DNA of 64,000 bases. Origin: Isurus oxyrinchus. Taxonomy: Eukaryota. This document shows, piece after piece, positions 61,231-64,000 of the stretch. The notes under the pieces are model-generated. The model made no database searches. It was not told the DNA's origin and worked only from the letters and a program-made list of their open reading frames with translations. Every line of letters starts with the position of its first letter. Position 1 is the stretch's first letter. A program made the position numbers and the translations under genes. The stretch lies in the NCBI GenBank assembly GCA_026770705.1, contig JANJGN010000002.1:179118001-179182000 (forward strand), read 5' to 3'.

Positions 61231-64000
61231 TAAGAGAAGGCTGTCTGAAAGCTGTAAGGACCCAAGTGATATGACTCCCCTGGAGTCCTGAAATGAAGCC
61301 TCTTATTTCTGTCAAAGCAGCTCTGAAGTGAAATGCAGTTGCCCTGTTCACACAAGCGAGCAGCAGCAATTTATAAGCTAAAGTACAAACAACACCAATT
61401 AGCGAGCCCACTCACCCCTTTTATCCTGCCCGTGGATTAGGTTTTTGAAAATGTGGCCTACCTGCCTGCCCGCTGCGCCTGTGCGATGCCCTGAAAATCG
61501 CATGGGCTACGTAAACTCTGAGACAATTGTTGTCTCAAGGGCCCGAACTGGCTCATTAATTAACGGCGTACACATCTCCATCTTCATCGCACACCCGCCT
61601 AGCGAAATATCACGAGGATGCACATTGACATCAGGACGCACGCTCGACATCATCGCGTGTCATATTACACCGAACGTAAAATTCTGGCCTATATGATACT
61701 GGAGGGTGTGCATTGCCTAAAAATCGCATTCATTAGATTTCTGTGGGTCCTGTGCTGAACATATTCTGCAAATTTTCTTCTTATGCTTTTTCTTCTGTAT
61801 TCAAACACTGACAACAGCTTTCAAATTCTCTGCAGAATATCTCTTTTAAAAAATATATAATTTAATATTGGACATTCAGGCAAGAGATGCATCCAACAAA
61901 AGAACCGACTGTGGTGTGCTAAGAAGCATCCAATTAAAAAGAATTCACCAAGATAACTGATGCCTTTTTAAACAGGTGGGTGCTATATTTGTATTGACCT
62001 AGTGCAGCTCAGTCAAGATTTCCAATGTGCAGCTTGCGAGGCTTAGTTAACACAGTTATTCTGTTTCATTGCACAACATAAAACATGATTTTGGAATCGG
62101 TATTAGATGAGCATGGCTTTGGATTTCTGATATCTTTTTCTATTATCAAGCAATTAAGCACCATAAATAAAAACAGAACAGGAAGCATTTCCAACCTCTT
62201 GAGAGACCATCTCAAAGTAACCTGCACATATTTTTTCCCAGATGTACCACAATTATTGTCTTGGGCTCTGCCTATCTTAACCTGAAGATGCTACAGAATG
62301 TGGAACAGTATTTTTACATGATTGTTTGATGAACCAAGATGATTCTGAATTATATGTATTCTGCGAATTACTTAAGTGTTGTGACTTCCAAGAGAGAGTT
62401 ATGTGCTTGCTGCTAAGCTTTGTACTTCAAGGTATGAGCCAATTTAATTACCAAACTCCATAATCTAACAGGACTTTTGACTGTTGCTGAAGCAGTCAAA
62501 AGCCTTGCTGTATTGATATGGAAGCTGCCAATGATGTACAGCAACATCTTTTCTCATTTTGCTATAATAAATCAAGAGATGACTTTCAAGAACCCGAATA
62601 AATCCTGGGCTTCAGGTTAGAGATTATATTGTCATCATTATGTGTGCTCTGCCCAAAGGCAGGTCCTTGGCTCACAGTAATTTTTCTGTGTCTCTCTATC
62701 TTGTGCCAGTCTTATATTGTATTGCTAGTAATTTTGGTACCTTTTGCATTGGCACTGAATAGAGCATTATTTAATCCACCGTAGTTTTACACCCACATTG
62801 AAAAGAGTTTTATTAAAAGCAATTCTGTTTGCAAAATGATTGACCAACTGAAATGTAGGAAGTGATCAGATGGAAAGGATGAGATTGCTGAATATGGATT
62901 ATATGAAAAGGCAATGCAGCAAGGTAGAAATTATTTGAGGGGGTTGCAGTTTTCTTTCACAGTGCTACAAAATGCTTTTATATTAACTATCATCAATACT
63001 TGGATAGCAGATTGTTTCAGATTGATGAAAATTGTTTACATGTATAATTTAATGGCTGTAACTAAATACTGCAGTCCAATTACTTTTTTCTTTTATGTCA
63101 ATGTGAATATTGCTGAATGAAGATGCATATGATTAGCTCTTGGCAACTGGTAACAGGCCTTGCACATCATTTGGTACAATTGTACTGCAGATCTATTAAG
63201 TAAGATTTGTATCCTAAATGCATACAGTAAAATTAATAAGTTATTTCCTTGCTCTAAAATTAACAACTCTGCCTATGACCTCTTTAAAAAAAGGGAAAAA
63301 ATCTGTGGAAAAAACCACTAAACACAAATCAGCTCTGAAAAGATTAACAATAAAACTGTACTGAAATGTTATTTCAGCATTGGAGCTGAGTGTATTGTTG
63401 TCTGCCTTAATTTCAGAGTGAATAGATTCCCACTTATCCTTAGCACACATTCACACTATAACAGTAACATTAGTTATGACAATTCACTTCACACTAACAC
63501 TGCAGGTAAAATGTACATTTTAAGTTAAGGTCTCAGCTAATATCATAGTGAAACTCTCTGAAGGAGTATACTTGGCCTTTCACACATGCTTTAGTGTGAA
63601 ACCAAAATTGCCTTTCATGAATTTCAACTTTATAATATGCATGAACTCTTAAAAAAATGTTCAGTTTTTGATGTAAAAGATGGGTAATTTAGTTAAATTG
63701 ATAAAGGGTATGCTGCTGGACTAGCTATTTAATTTTAACCATTCGACTGTAAAATCTGATGCATATGTCTCCCCTTATGTAGGCAGGATTTAATGGATCT
63801 GGTAACTTGGGGAAGTTTGCTCTTGGACTATTTTGATTTCAGAAATCTTACCAAGCATAAAATACCCAAACAAGATTTGACGCAACATGTGTGGCAATAA
63901 TTTGGTATTTTAAGCATTATTCCCTAATTCTGTACCTTCTGTAGCATGTACCGCTCCTCATTTGGGACAAAAGTAGATGATTTGCTTTTAGACTTCCATC

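Larger units (their letters stand above)
57567..61689. mobile_element. degraded PIF/Harbinger DNA transposon
   Basis: TIRs GGCCAGAA...TTCTGGCC enclose convergent Myb/SANT-like (+) and DDE transposase (-) remnants. Confidence 0.88.

Noticed and set aside
56900-62450. Possible degraded coding sequence flanking the Harbinger (e.g. CYIC..FQCAAC near 61981) and a leader-like MCLLLSFVLQ|GT at 62401
   Set aside because: Fragments are too short and stop-ridden to assign, and no V or C exon follows. Needs a translated profile-HMM search.
49030-64000. Ig light-chain constant exon
   Set aside because: No C1-set motif (LVCL..W..SSYL..YSC) was found by eye; it may lie beyond the window or be deleted.

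Overview
Eukaryotic, repeat-rich genomic DNA, most likely from a shark or other cartilaginous fish. This is inferred from the repeat complement and a cluster-type Ig light-chain V-J pair. Host content: the last five coding exons and polyA signal of an MFSD1-like gene (+, 5334-18553); a TM7SF3-like coding fragment stranded in an MFSD1 intron; a frameshifted P2Y3/P2Y6-like GPCR pseudogene (-, 28357-29375); and an unrearranged, defective Ig light-chain (sigma-like) leader-V-12RSS / 23RSS-J unit (48149-49024) with no C exon in the window. Much of the rest is nested mobile DNA. Two Penelope-like element (PLE) families carry hammerhead-ribozyme motifs and repeatedly occur as tail-out inverted duplications; the younger family has ~13-17 bp target-site duplications (TSDs) and a reproducible long-end/short-end asymmetry. 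Also present are CR1 LINEs, an ORF1-less LINE with a tRNA-like Pol III head plus a SINE sharing its head and tail, RTE LINEs (one 5'-inverted), solo LTRs, a degraded PIF/Harbinger transposon and a related MITE. There is a 164-N gap at 43318-43481. All homology calls come from recalled protein motifs, not database searches.
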